Assembly: GCA_041674205.1 (NCBI GenBank)
Contig: JBAYWF010000005.1
Location: 15,865-79,864 of the forward strand
Length of the DNA: 64,000 nt
Source of the DNA: Parcubacteria group bacterium
GTDB taxonomy: Bacteria > Patescibacteriota > Minisyncoccia > Moranbacterales > UBA2206
Direction: 5' to 3'
Below the pieces are notes generated by a model, which saw nothing but the letters and a program-made list of their open reading frames with translations, did no database searches and had not been told where the DNA came from. The position numbers were made by a program, and so were the translations under genes. Below, one piece after another: positions 39,810 to 49,443 of the stretch (position 1 is its first letter; each line of letters opens with the position of its first letter).

Positions 39810-40409
39810 TCAAGTCCTTCTATATTCCTGCCTCTTATTATACAGCCTTTCCGTGAATCCTCCTTGCGCCAAAAATTCTTCACTTAATTTTTTGAGCTGC
39901 ATGTCCAAGAGATAGTTCGTTTGGTGGATGAGGCAGATCATCATGTTCGCGCCTTGTTCTGGATTTTCCAAATACGACGAATAGGACAAACAGGACTTAT
40001 CCTTGCCGTAAGCAAGATTTCTAACTGCCTTAGCTTCTTGCGATTCTTTCATCCAAATCCGCAAACGGTGTTGGCGCAGATAGTCTTCATAGTCCAAAAG
40101 CAGTTCCTCCAAACTCGCCCGCGCCACGCTGGTCAATTTCAATTCGGTCTTTTTTGAAGTTCCTGCCGCCTGACTCCCTTCCGCGATATTTTGCCGGCCG
40201 CTTCTGCCCGCCTGGGTCATTTGGTCATGCGTCCGGCTTCGCTTGTCAATATAGCGCTCGCAAAACTCAACATTCAAATCAACCACCAAAGTTGCCATCT
40301 GGAATGATTTCAAGTCGCGATAGCCGCCGTGAGCAAAAAACAAGCTATCGCCATTGCCAGAGCTATCCGCCTTATTCGTCCTATCGGACATATTGGTCGC
40401 GTTTTCCAT
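39810..40409 (-). CDS. Four helix bundle protein with suffix domain (23S rRNA IVS protein/Avd superfamily)
   Basis: HGGYRDL, RTHDQMTQAGRSGRQNIAEGS, ARASLEELLLDYEDYLRQ, GGFTERLY. Confidence 0.9.
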   Translation of the reverse strand: MENATNMSDRTNKADSSGNGDSLFFAHGGYRDLKSFQMATLVVDLNVEFCERYIDKRSRTHDQMTQAGRSGRQNIAEGSQAAGTSKKTELKLTSVARASLEELLLDYEDYLRQHRLRIWMKESQEAKAVRNLAYGKDKSCLSYSSYLENPEQGANMMICLIHQTNYLLDMQLKKLSEEFLAQGGFTERLYNKRQEYRRT

Positions 40410-40427
40410 TCCTCAATTGTAGCACAA

Positions 40428-40455
40428 AAAAAGCGAGGTTTTCACCTCGCTTTTT
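40428..40455 (-). terminator. dnaK terminator
   Basis: AAAAAGCGAGGT-tttc-ACCTCGCTTTTT. Confidence 0.8.
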
Positions 40456-40464
40456 CTATATCAA

Positions 40465-42366
40465 CTATTTCTTATCCTCCGGCTTCTCAGTCTCCGCCTC
40501 CTTCGGAGCGTCGCCTTCTTTCGGCGCTTCCCCTCCGGCTGCGCCTCCTGCCGGCTGGGCGGGTTGCGCGGCTTTGTAGAGTTCTTCGCCGATCTTTTGC
40601 GCTTCTTGGGAAAGTTCCTGGGTGGCTTTCTTGATCGCTTCGATATCGTCGCCGTCTTTGACTTTCTTCAGCGCTTCAACTTTTTCCTGAACTGGTTTTT
40701 TCTTATCCTCAGAAACCTTATCACCAGCATCGCGGAGCGCTTTTTCAGTAGTGAAGACCAAAGTGTCCGCCATATTTTTCGCTTCGACGTTTTCTTTCTT
40801 CTTCTTATCCTCTTCCGCGTGCGCCTCGGCGTCTTTCTTCATCTTCTCGATTTCATCCTTGGAAAGACCGGTGGAAGCTTCGATGCGGATGGATTGTTCT
40901 TTGCCAGTCGCCTTGTCTTTAGCCTTGACCGACAGGACGCCGTTCGCGTTGATATCGAAAGTCACTTCGATTTGCGGGATGCCCCTTGGTGATGGCGGGA
41001 TGCCGTCCAAGATGAATCTTCCAAGCGTCTTGTTGTCCGCCGCCATTTCCCGCTCGCCTTGCAAGACATGGATTTCCACGGATGGCTGGTTGTCAGCCGC
41101 GGTAGAAAATGTCTGTGATTTGGCCGCCGGGATCGTCGTGTTGCGATCAATCAGGGGAGTCCTGATTCCACCCATCGTTTCGATTCCAAGCGTAAGCGGC
41201 GTTACGTCCAGCAACAGCACGTCTTTCACGTCGCCTTGCAAAACTCCGCCCTGGATCGCCGCGCCCATCGCTACCACTTCATCCGGATTGACCGAGATAT
41301 TCGGTTTCTTGCCGAAGAATTTCTCGACGGTTTGCAAAACCAACGGCATCCGGGTCATTCCTCCGACCAGCACGACTTCATTGATGTCGGATACTGACAA
41401 TTTCGCATCCGTCAAAGCCTTCTTGGTCGGTTCCAAAGTTTTTTCTACCAGGTCGCCGACAAGTTCTTCCAGTTTCGCGCGGGTGATTTTCATTACCAAA
41501 TGTTTCGGACCATTAGCATCCGCCGTAATGAACGGCTGATTGATTTCGGTTTCCATCGCGGTTGAAAGTTCGATCTTGGCTTTTTCCGCCGATTCTTTGA
41601 TTCTCTGCAACGCCAACGGATCCTTGCTCAGATCAACGCCTTCTTGCTTTCTGAATTCGTCGATAATCCAGTGGATCAGAACTTGGTCGAAGTCGTCACC
41701 GCCCAAATGGGTGTCACCATTGGTCGATTTGACCTCTACCGTGTCTTCGGAAACTTCCAAGATGGAAATATCGAACGTTCCGCCTCCGAGGTCATAGACT
41801 GCGATTTTTTCATCTTTCTTTTTATTGAAGCCATAGGCCAAAGCCGCTGCGGTCGGTTCGTTGATGATGCGCAAAACTTTGAGTCCCGCGATTTCACCCG
41901 CTTCGATGGTGGCTTTCCTTTGCGAGTCGTCGAAATAGGCCGGCACTGTGATGACCGCTTCGGTGATGGATTGCCCCAATTTCTCTTCCGCGTCCGCTTT
42001 CAATTTGCCCAACACCATCGCGGAAATTTCCTGCGGCGTATATTCTTTGCCGCCCATCAGGACTTTGACGCCTTCGCCAGACTTCACGATCTTATACGGC
42101 ATCGTTTTCATATCGCGTTGCACTTCCGCGTCATCGAAATGACGCCCGATCAACCGTTTGATGGAAAACAATGTGTTCTCCGGATTGGTGACGGCTTGGC
42201 GCTTGGCTAAAAGCCCCACTAATCTTTCATTGGTTTTGGACATCGCGATCATCGAAGGGGTGGTGCGCACGCCTTCTTTGTTCTCGACGATGACCGGACT
42301 GCCGCCTTCCACGACTGACATCGCAGAATTGGTCGTACCCAGGTCGATCCCTAATACTTTTCCCAT
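40465..42366 (-). CDS. dnaK: Chaperone DnaK
   Basis: [24 protein letters not shown]. Confidence 0.98.
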   Translation of the reverse strand: MGKVLGIDLGTTNSAMSVVEGGSPVIVENKEGVRTTPSMIAMSKTNERLVGLLAKRQAVTNPENTLFSIKRLIGRHFDDAEVQRDMKTMPYKIVKSGEGVKVLMGGKEYTPQEISAMVLGKLKADAEEKLGQSITEAVITVPAYFDDSQRKATIEAGEIAGLKVLRIINEPTAAALAYGFNKKKDEKIAVYDLGGGTFDISILEVSEDTVEVKSTNGDTHLGGDDFDQVLIHWIIDEFRKQEGVDLSKDPLALQRIKESAEKAKIELSTAMETEINQPFITADANGPKHLVMKITRAKLEELVGDLVEKTLEPTKKALTDAKLSVSDINEVVLVGGMTRMPLVLQTVEKFFGKKPNISVNPDEVVAMGAAIQGGVLQGDVKDVLLLDVTPLTLGIETMGGIRTPLIDRNTTIPAAKSQTFSTAADNQPSVEIHVLQGEREMAADNKTLGRFILDGIPPSPRGIPQIEVTFDINANGVLSVKAKDKATGKEQSIRIEASTGLSKDEIEKMKKDAEAHAEEDKKKKENVEAKNMADTLVFTTEKALRDAGDKVSEDKKKPVQEKVEALKKVKDGDDIEAIKKATQELSQEAQKIGEELYKAAQPAQPAGGAAGGEAPKEGDAPKEAETEKPEDKK

Positions 42367-42512
42367 ATTCTTTATTTTTCTGAACTTTCGGTTTCATCAA
42401 ACGTTTGCTTTCTGCAGATAGGCAAAATTTTTGAAACCTAGGTTCGGATTAAATTATTACTGGTTATTTATTCCAATCCCCAAATCGCTTTGGAGGCTGG
42501 AAAGATAAACAG

Positions 42513-42541
42513 TTGACAAAATCAGAGTTTTCTGCTATGTT
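42513..42541 (+). promoter_or_regulatory. sigma70-type promoter
   Basis: TTGACA-17-TATGTT with extended TG. Confidence 0.7.
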
Positions 42542-42592
42542 CTAATCAGTTGTTTCTACTTTTTTATTAATCCTTTTTACCGGGAGGTAAAA

Positions 42593-42739
42593 ATGAAGCG
42601 AGTTAACGATGCGCAGTATGTTGCTCTCGTCGCCAGACGTCTTGGCGCGAACACCGGCGATGTAAAAATCGCATTCCTGCAATTTGGCCGACATTTCGGT
42701 CAGATTGCGAACTTTCTACATCGCAACGGCGCGATGTAA
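42593..42739 (+). CDS. 48-aa orphan peptide resembling the EF-Ts N-terminal (UBA-like) domain; not in ORF track
   Basis: GGGAGGT SD, promoter, terminator; MKRVNDAQYVALVARRLGANTGDVKIAFLQFGRHFGQIANFLHRNGAM. Confidence 0.7.
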   Translation: MKRVNDAQYVALVARRLGANTGDVKIAFLQFGRHFGQIANFLHRNGAM

Positions 42740-42765
42740 AAAAGTCTCATTACCCGCCGCCATCC

Positions 42766-42802
42766 CGGACGACTCAACTCTTGAGCTCGTCCGATTTTTT
42801 TA
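42766..42802 (+). terminator. Intrinsic terminator
   Basis: CGGACGACTCAA-ctc-TTGAGCTCGTCCG-ATTTTTTT. Confidence 0.75.
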
Positions 42803-42824
42803 TTTCAACGAACATTTCCAAAAA

Positions 42825-43430
42825 TTATTCCACTATCACCCGCGCCACCCTCACCACCTTATCCCCCATCTGATAGCCGCGGGTCACGATCTTCTTGATT
42901 TTATTCTTGAATTTATAATCTTTGCTTTTGCAAGATTTGCATTCCCTGTCTTCGACCGCTTCGTGCCGGGCCGGATCGAAATTGTCGCCGATCTTGGTTT
43001 CCATTTCGATCACCCCATTATCCGTCAAAACTTGTTCGAGTTGTTTTTGGATATACATTATGCCGGTCACCCACGGATTTTCTTTCTGATCTTCCGGGAT
43101 ATGCCCGGTTGAAGCATGGAAATTATCGATCACCGGCAAAATTTGCAAGATGACATTTTGGGTGGAATAACGGATCAAATCTTTCTGTGATTCCGCTTGC
43201 CTTTTTTTGTAATTCTCAAAATCAGCCTGGCACCTTTTCCAACCGTTGAGATATTCGTCTTCCTTGCTCATCGGCCCGTCAGTATTCTCAATCTCTATTG
43301 TGCCTTCTTCTTTCGGCATAGCGGCCTCCCCCTCGATTTCCTCAATCGCTTCTTTTTCCGCTTCTTTTTCCTCAAACCTGTCTTCTTGCTCTAGTTTATC
43401 GCTGAAATCTTTTTTATCTTTGTTTGGCAT
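42825..43430 (-). CDS. grpE: Nucleotide exchange factor GrpE
   Basis: ADFENYKKR, FDPARHEA, GY..GDKVVRVARV. Confidence 0.95.
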   Translation of the reverse strand: MPNKDKKDFSDKLEQEDRFEEKEAEKEAIEEIEGEAAMPKEEGTIEIENTDGPMSKEDEYLNGWKRCQADFENYKKRQAESQKDLIRYSTQNVILQILPVIDNFHASTGHIPEDQKENPWVTGIMYIQKQLEQVLTDNGVIEMETKIGDNFDPARHEAVEDRECKSCKSKDYKFKNKIKKIVTRGYQMGDKVVRVARVIVE

Positions 43431-43476
43431 ATATTTACAATTATGAATTATTTGTCCTATATCCCACGCTACTAAA

Positions 43477-44214
43477 TCACATACCGCTGATTATCAATAC
43501 TACTACAACCGATGCACTTAAAAGTTTCCGGACATAGTTGAGCAGCGACTTGTTCTCGGCATATTTCATCCTTTTCGGACCGATGATGGCCAGCACGCCC
43601 TTGTCGCCCGATTTGGTCGTGTACGGTGAAACTACCATCGAACAATTATTTATCCCTTTGATCGGATTGTCTTTGCCGATGAAAATTTTCGTCTCGCCCT
43701 CTTTGACATTTTTCAAAATGAAATCCACGTTCTCATCGATATAATCCAAGGCTTCCACCACTTTGCAAAATTCATCCACTTCCTGGAATTCCGGCTTCTC
43801 CAGCAGTTCGCGGATGCCGAAATCGGAAAAATCCTTTTCCATCGTGCTGATCGCCAGGTTGCCGCTCATACCGGACAACAGTTTCGCGGTCGTACGGGAA
43901 AGCCGCTGGTGCTGGGCCTTAAGTTTCAAAAGTTCCGTTTGCAATTTTTTTTGGTCCGCCAAAGACAGTTCCGCGTCACCCATAATTTCCTCGACGAAAT
44001 ATCTATAGCCCTTATCAGTCGGAATCCGCCCGGCGCTGATGTGCGGCTGATGCAAGAATCCGTCCTCTTCCAACTTGACCATATCGTTGCGGATAGTCGC
44101 CGGACTCAGATCAAAACCGTATTTTTCCACCAGGATTTTTGACCCGACCGGAACCGCGGAATCGGTATATTCCTCGATGATAGCTGCCAAAATTTCTTGT
44201 TGCCTTTTATCCAT
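43477..44214 (-). CDS. hrcA: Heat-inducible repressor HrcA (short form)
   Basis: PVGSK, SPATIRNDM, PHISAGRIPTDKGYR, IGPKRMKY. Confidence 0.93.
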   Translation of the reverse strand: MDKRQQEILAAIIEEYTDSAVPVGSKILVEKYGFDLSPATIRNDMVKLEEDGFLHQPHISAGRIPTDKGYRYFVEEIMGDAELSLADQKKLQTELLKLKAQHQRLSRTTAKLLSGMSGNLAISTMEKDFSDFGIRELLEKPEFQEVDEFCKVVEALDYIDENVDFILKNVKEGETKIFIGKDNPIKGINNCSMVVSPYTTKSGDKGVLAIIGPKRMKYAENKSLLNYVRKLLSASVVVVLIISGM

Positions 44215-44301
44215 ACGCTAAAAATACAAATCAATTACAAATTTACACATATGCGGAAATCCATACTTATCTTATTCCGTATTTCCATTGTATAGCATCC
44301 T

Positions 44302-44328
44302 TTAGCACTCGTCAAGAGTGAGTGCTAA
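44302..44328. promoter_or_regulatory. CIRCE operator
   Basis: Perfect TTAGCACTC-N9-GAGTGCTAA upstream of hrcA. Confidence 0.97.
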
Positions 44329-44378
44329 TTTGTATTTTATACGGTTTTTATCCCCTGTCAAGATTATCAAAAAAAACG

Positions 44379-44405
44379 AGGGTAAACCGGAATCCGGTTT
44401 ACCCT
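44379..44405 (-). terminator. Intrinsic terminator
   Basis: AGGGTAAACCGG-att-CCGGTTTACCCT then CGTTTTTTTT (minus). Confidence 0.8.
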
Positions 44406-44434
44406 AGCTGTCGGTTTGACCGACAAATACCATG

Positions 44435-44611
44435 TTATACATGCATGGATGAACTTCTGGCGGATTTTTTGCCAGACGAACTGACAATCATCCGCGCCGA
44501 CTTATTGTGTTTGCACCCGATACACGCACGCGCATTGTTCCTCGCGGCTTTTTTACAAGCCAATGATTTTACAATATTGCCACACCTCGGATTAACCTCT
44601 TGGTTTGCCAT
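44435..44611 (-). CDS. Orphan 58-aa basic Cys4 peptide, SD-led
   Basis: GAGGAG upstream; promoter TTGACC-16-TAAAAT at 44716-44689. Confidence 0.6.
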   Translation of the reverse strand: MANQEVNPRCGNIVKSLACKKAARNNARACIGCKHNKSARMIVSSSGKKSARSSSMHV

Positions 44612-44721
44612 ACCTTCTCTCCTCATTTTTGAGTTAGTAAAAATACGGGCCCCTTCTTCAATTTTTACAGCTGGATTTTCTTGAATTAATTTTATCACTT
44701 TCCGATTACAGGTCAAATAAA

Positions 44722-44760
44722 TAAAAAAGAGCCGTCACGGAAACGATACCCGTGACGGTC
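44722..44760 (-). terminator. Intrinsic terminator
   Basis: CCGTCACGG...CCGTGACGG stem with T-tract on minus strand. Confidence 0.75.
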
Positions 44761-44776
44761 CTTTATCTGTAGAAAA

Positions 44777-45112
44777 TCAAATGACAGCGGAAATAAAGTC
44801 AGACTCTTCTTCCAGAATCAGATCTGCCAAATAGGATAATCCCAGCTTGGGATACGCGCGTGAAATACGTTCGCACACCCCGCACTCCTTGCAAACAGGA
44901 TCTTTTTCCGAAAAAATATTACCGATGCAGTTGGCGAAGCTAACCGCAAAACCGTTTTGCTTCAATTCATCTCCGCGAACGCAACAAAAGGATTGCGCCG
45001 CACAATCAATATCCACCTGGGATGGCAGACTTTCTTTTTGCACCACCGATTTAACCGCTGTTTTTTTTCTGTGTTGCTTCCCATCAATTCCCCTGCTTTT
45101 GTCATTACTCAT
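44777..45112 (-). CDS. Orphan Cys-rich 111-aa protein, SD-led
   Basis: GAGG upstream; CIG..FS..DPVCKECGVC motif. Confidence 0.6.
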   Translation of the reverse strand: MSNDKSRGIDGKQHRKKTAVKSVVQKESLPSQVDIDCAAQSFCCVRGDELKQNGFAVSFANCIGNIFSEKDPVCKECGVCERISRAYPKLGLSYLADLILEEESDFISAVI

Positions 45113-45195
45113 CTTTTTCCTCACTTGATAGTGTTGAAAAATGCACTCGCGTGCGCCCTTGTTCCGTTGTCAATGTCCTGTACATATAAAAAATG

Positions 45196-45447
45196 TTATT
45201 TTTTTCTGTCTTTCCCCGGCACCGGATCGAACCCCCCGTCATTCCAAGGGTGGCACCGGAGCACGCGTTTCGAACCCAACCAGACGCCTTTGAAGATTCC
45301 GAAGCGTTCCACGGCCTGGTAGGTATATTCCGAACAAGTCGGATGGAAGCGGCAACCCAGCGTATTTGAAAACCGGCTGAAAATTCCATGGTCCAACGAG
45401 ATGGTTTTCTGGTAAATCCTGATAAACAACAAAACGATTTTCTTCAT
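45196..45447 (-). CDS. yidD: Membrane protein insertion efficiency factor
   Basis: CRFHPTCSEY, RCHPW..GGFDPVP. Confidence 0.93.
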   Translation of the reverse strand: MKKIVLLFIRIYQKTISLDHGIFSRFSNTLGCRFHPTCSEYTYQAVERFGIFKGVWLGSKRVLRCHPWNDGGFDPVPGKDRKK

Positions 45448-45545
45448 AGCATAACTCTTATACAAATCCGCCCTTTTGTCAAACGGATTTTTCTGATAGA
45501 ATAATAGCGACAGTCCGATCTTAATAACAATCTAGCCTCCAATTT

Positions 45546-46454
45546 ATGCAACAACTCAAATCCGGCAAATTCACTTGGTTCGACATCCGCGAGCCCAATG
45601 CCGACGACATCCTGAAGATCCAGAAAAAATTCAACTTGCATCCCTTGGTCGTGGAAGAATTTTCCACGCCGACCTTGCGGCCAAAAGCGGCGGAATATGA
45701 CAACGCCCTTTTTCTCACCATCCACGTCCCGCTTTTCGACGTCAACCTGAAAAAAACCTATCCGGGCGAACTGGACATCGTCATCACGGAAGACGCCCTG
45801 ATAACGGCCCACGACGAGGACATCTGGCAGCTGACCGAATTTTTCGCCGAATTGAAAAATGACCGGAAAAAAAGATCCCAATATATGGAAAACTCCCCGG
45901 CGACCTTATTGCGCTTCTTGATCGAAATGCTTCTGGAATCCTGCTTTCCGAAATTGGACCACATCTCCAGGAACCTGGATCACATCGAAACCGAAATTTT
46001 CGCCGGCAATGAAAAAGATATGGTCCTGGAAATTTCCATCGTCAAACGCGACATCCTGAATTTCCGCCGGACGCTGAAACCGCAACGCTCCGTCCTGGAA
46101 TCCCTCATCCAGCGGGATTACAAACTGATAGACCGCGAACTCCGGCCATATTTCCAAGATTTGATCGGCACCAACATCCGGGTCTGGAACGCCCTGGAAA
46201 GCGCCAAGGAAACCATCGAATCGCTGGAAGCTACCAACAATTCCCTACTTTCCAACAAGCTGGACCTGACTATGAAGGTCTTGACCATCTTTTCCGCGGT
46301 GATGTTGCCGATGACCGTCTATTCCAATATCCTGGCTATGAGCGCCGACATCCCTTTCGGCAAAAGCCCGCACGCCTTCGCGATCCACACCGGCACGATG
46401 TTTCTGATCGCCATCATCACTTTCGTCATATTCAAGGTCAAGAAGTGGATCTGA
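45546..46454 (+). CDS. corA: CorA-family Mg2+/divalent metal transporter
   Basis: FNLHPL, RPK, MKVLTIFS; two C-terminal TM; GMN signature degenerate (AMS). Confidence 0.85.
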   Translation: MQQLKSGKFTWFDIREPNADDILKIQKKFNLHPLVVEEFSTPTLRPKAAEYDNALFLTIHVPLFDVNLKKTYPGELDIVITEDALITAHDEDIWQLTEFFAELKNDRKKRSQYMENSPATLLRFLIEMLLESCFPKLDHISRNLDHIETEIFAGNEKDMVLEISIVKRDILNFRRTLKPQRSVLESLIQRDYKLIDRELRPYFQDLIGTNIRVWNALESAKETIESLEATNNSLLSNKLDLTMKVLTIFSAVMLPMTVYSNILAMSADIPFGKSPHAFAIHTGTMFLIAIITFVIFKVKKWI

Positions 46455-46460
46455 ATCGGT

Positions 46461-46558
46461 AATTTTAAATTATAAGTTTTAAGTTTTAAATTGATTTAAA
46501 ATTAATTAATTTTAAAATTTTGATTTCATTTATAATTTAAAACTTAAAATTTAAAATT
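46461..46558. repeat. AT-rich heptamer-periodic palindromic element, copy B
   Basis: Near-perfect about 30-bp inverted arms of 7-mers filling the corA-cysS spacer. Confidence 0.8.
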
Positions 46559-46564
46559 CGGTTT

Positions 46565-47980
46565 ATGCTTAAACTCTACAATACCCTGACGCGCCAGAAA
46601 GAAGAATTCAAACCGATCAATCCCGGCAAGGTTTCGATGTATGTCTGCGGACCGACGGTCTATGACTACATCCATCTTGGCAATATCCGTTCCTATACGA
46701 CGCCGGATATTTTGCGGCGCTATTTGGAATATTCCGGATATGAAGTGCGCCAAATCAAAAATATCACCGACGTCGGGCATCTGACTGCCGATGATGTGGC
46801 CCAAGGCGATTCAGGCGAAGACAAGATCGAGAAAAAAGCTCTGCGCGAAAAAAAGACCCCGGCGGAAATCGTCGATTTTTATGAGGAATATTTCCACGCT
46901 ACGGAAAAAGCGATGAATATCCTGCCCGCCCACTATTTTCCGCGTGCCACCGCCCACGTGCCGCAAATGATCCGCATAATTTCGACTTTGATTGAAAAAG
47001 GTTTCGCCTACGAATCCAACGGCAACGTTTTTTTTGATGTCACGAAATTCGCCGATTATGGCAAACTGTCCGGCAACACATTGGAAGACCTGCAAGTCGG
47101 CGCGCGCCTGGAAGAACATCCGGACAAAAAAAATCCTTGGGATTTCGCCCTCTGGCTCAAGGCGCCCAAGGAACACTTGTTGCGCTGGGATTCGCCTTGG
47201 TCGGTCGGCTATCCGGGCTGGCACATCGAATGTTCGGCGATGAGCACGGAATATCTGGGAGACACGATGGACATCCATACCGGCGGCGAAGACAATATCT
47301 TCCCGCACCACGAAGCGGAAATCGCCCAAACCGAATGCGCGACCGGCGCCAAATTCGTAAATTATTGGGTCCACACCCGCCACCTCAAAGTTGATGGCGC
47401 CAAGATGAGCAAATCCAAAAATAATTTCTACGTGCTTGAAGACATCAAAAGCAAAGGTTATTCCCCGATGGAATTGCGGATGCTTCTGCTCTCCGCCCAT
47501 CACCGCACCCAATTGAATTTCACCTGGAAGGCGATGGATCAAGCCAAGGCGAATTTGGAAACGATCGACAATTTCTATGGCCGCCTCAGCAGATCCACCG
47601 CTGGCGGGAATGAGAAATTAGACATCAGACAATATCAGACAGCCTTCGAAGCGGCGATGGATGATGACCTCAATACGCCCAAAGCCCTAGCGGTCATTTT
47701 CCAAGTCATTACGGACGGCAATAAACTGATTGATGGCAATATGCTAGGCAACCCGGATGAAGTCAAAAAAATTCTGGATGTTTTTATGAAAGTCCTCGGC
47801 CTTGCGTTTGAAAAACCCGAGGAGATTCCCGCCGAAATCATACGGCTAGCTGAAGAAAGAAGGACCGCCCGCCAAAACAAAGACTTCCAGAAATCCGACG
47901 AACTGCGCGAAACGATTGACAAATCCGGCTATATAGTGGAAGATATCAAGGACAATAATTTTATCATTAAGAAAAAATAG
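46565..47980 (+). CDS. cysS: Cysteine--tRNA ligase
   Basis: [23 protein letters not shown]. Confidence 0.97.
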   Translation: MLKLYNTLTRQKEEFKPINPGKVSMYVCGPTVYDYIHLGNIRSYTTPDILRRYLEYSGYEVRQIKNITDVGHLTADDVAQGDSGEDKIEKKALREKKTPAEIVDFYEEYFHATEKAMNILPAHYFPRATAHVPQMIRIISTLIEKGFAYESNGNVFFDVTKFADYGKLSGNTLEDLQVGARLEEHPDKKNPWDFALWLKAPKEHLLRWDSPWSVGYPGWHIECSAMSTEYLGDTMDIHTGGEDNIFPHHEAEIAQTECATGAKFVNYWVHTRHLKVDGAKMSKSKNNFYVLEDIKSKGYSPMELRMLLLSAHHRTQLNFTWKAMDQAKANLETIDNFYGRLSRSTAGGNEKLDIRQYQTAFEAAMDDDLNTPKALAVIFQVITDGNKLIDGNMLGNPDEVKKILDVFMKVLGLAFEKPEEIPAEIIRLAEERRTARQNKDFQKSDELRETIDKSGYIVEDIKDNNFIIKKK

Positions 47981-47981
47981 C

Positions 47982-48245
47982 ATGACGAACAATAGCCCTT
48001 GCGGATGCGGATGCGACCACGAAGAAGAAAAGGACGCGCCGGTGGAAACCCCGCACGAATGTTGCGGCGGACATTGCCACGATGAAAATCCAGTTGAAGA
48101 AGACCATTGCGGTTGCGGACATAGCCACGAGCATATGCCCACGATTTCACCGGAAGAATTGGAGCAGCTGAAAAAAGCCATCACCGAAGCCGGCTACAAA
48201 ATCGAAGAAACTCCGGAAGGCGAAATTCGAATCATCGAGAAATAA
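47982..48245 (+). CDS. Small Cys/His-rich acidic metal-binding protein
   Basis: 8 Cys + 8 His in the first 51 aa; starts 1 nt after the cysS stop. Confidence 0.8.
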   Translation: MTNNSPCGCGCDHEEEKDAPVETPHECCGGHCHDENPVEEDHCGCGHSHEHMPTISPEELEQLKKAITEAGYKIEETPEGEIRIIEK

Positions 48246-48255
48246 AAAACTCAAA

Positions 48256-48279
48256 AAAAAACTCCGCAAGGAGTTTTTT
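48256..48279 (+). terminator. Intrinsic terminator
   Basis: AAAAAACTCC-gcaa-GGAGTTTTTT. Confidence 0.8.
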
Positions 48280-48411
48280 GTTTTGCACCGCTAAATTTTC
48301 CTAACGGAAAACTTCAATGCGCCATTTTCTTTATGACTTTCTTTTGTGTGCCAAAAGAAAGTTAGCGTTGCACTTGATTCTGCCTAAAATTAGCCCTATA
48401 ATTAGCTGATT

Positions 48412-49359
48412 ATGGCTCAAAATTTTTGGAAACAATTGAAAAGGCCGATTCTAGCCATTGCACCGATGGCTGGGATCACCGACAGCGCTTTCAGGCAGAT
48501 TTGCCAGGAAAACGGGTGTGATGTGGCTTATAGCGAGATGGCCAGCGTCAGCGCCCTGTTTTTTAAGCCAGCGAAGACCCTGGAGTTAATTAAATCCGGT
48601 TCCGCGGAACGTCCCTATGTCGTCCAGCTGTTCGGGAAAGATCCGGCGCATTTCGCCAAAGCCGCTCAAATCGTGACTTCCGAAATCAAGCCCGACGGCA
48701 TCGACATCAATTTCGGCTGTCCCGCCAAAAAGGTTTTCGGCCACGGATCCGGTTGCGCCCTGATGCCCCAACCGGAATTGGCTCGTGAAATCATCGCCGC
48801 AGTCTGCAATAATACCGATCTGCCGGTTTCCATCAAAATCCGCGCCGGCATCAAGGATACGACGGCGCTGCATTTCATCCAAGCCATCAAAGATTTGCCT
48901 TTCACGACGATTATGGTGCATGGCCGCACCTACGAAGGCGGTTTTTCCAGCATGCCTGATTTTGCCGTTGCGGAAGAAATAAAAAAAATCGTTCCGGATA
49001 AGATAGTCCTGGCCAACGGCGGCATCCACACGCCCGAGGACACCCAAAAAATTATGGGGGAATATCCGAATCTAGACGGACTTGGCATCGCCCGCGGCGC
49101 CTGGGGGAAACCTTATCTCTTTTCCCAAATCAAAGAGATGCAAGATGTCGGTAAATATACCGCGTATGACTTTTCAAAAATACGGGAAATCGCCATCCGC
49201 CACGCGAATTTACTTTGGAAGAACAAAGGCGCGACCGGAATGCTTGAGATACGGAAACATTTAGCTTGGTATTTCAAAGGCTTTCCCAATGCTTCCGAAC
49301 TGCGCCAAAAACTGGTCCGGGCCGGAAGTGTGGAAGAGATAAAAGATATTCTGAAATAA
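48412..49359 (+). CDS. tRNA-dihydrouridine synthase (DusB-like)
   Basis: APMAGITD, DINFGCP, VHGRT, ANGGI, RKHL. Confidence 0.93.
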   Translation: MAQNFWKQLKRPILAIAPMAGITDSAFRQICQENGCDVAYSEMASVSALFFKPAKTLELIKSGSAERPYVVQLFGKDPAHFAKAAQIVTSEIKPDGIDINFGCPAKKVFGHGSGCALMPQPELAREIIAAVCNNTDLPVSIKIRAGIKDTTALHFIQAIKDLPFTTIMVHGRTYEGGFSSMPDFAVAEEIKKIVPDKIVLANGGIHTPEDTQKIMGEYPNLDGLGIARGAWGKPYLFSQIKEMQDVGKYTAYDFSKIREIAIRHANLLWKNKGATGMLEIRKHLAWYFKGFPNASELRQKLVRAGSVEEIKDILK

Positions 49360-49443
49360 AACGGCAATTCCGTCAATGTGTTCATAAACACTGCACAACC
49401 GAGGGTTGCCAGCGCCGGCTCCAAAGAGTATAATGGAATGACT

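Noticed and set aside
39810-40409. Diversity-generating retroelement suggested by an Avd-like fold
   Set aside because: No reverse transcriptase and no TR/VR pair with adenine-specific mismatches seen in the window
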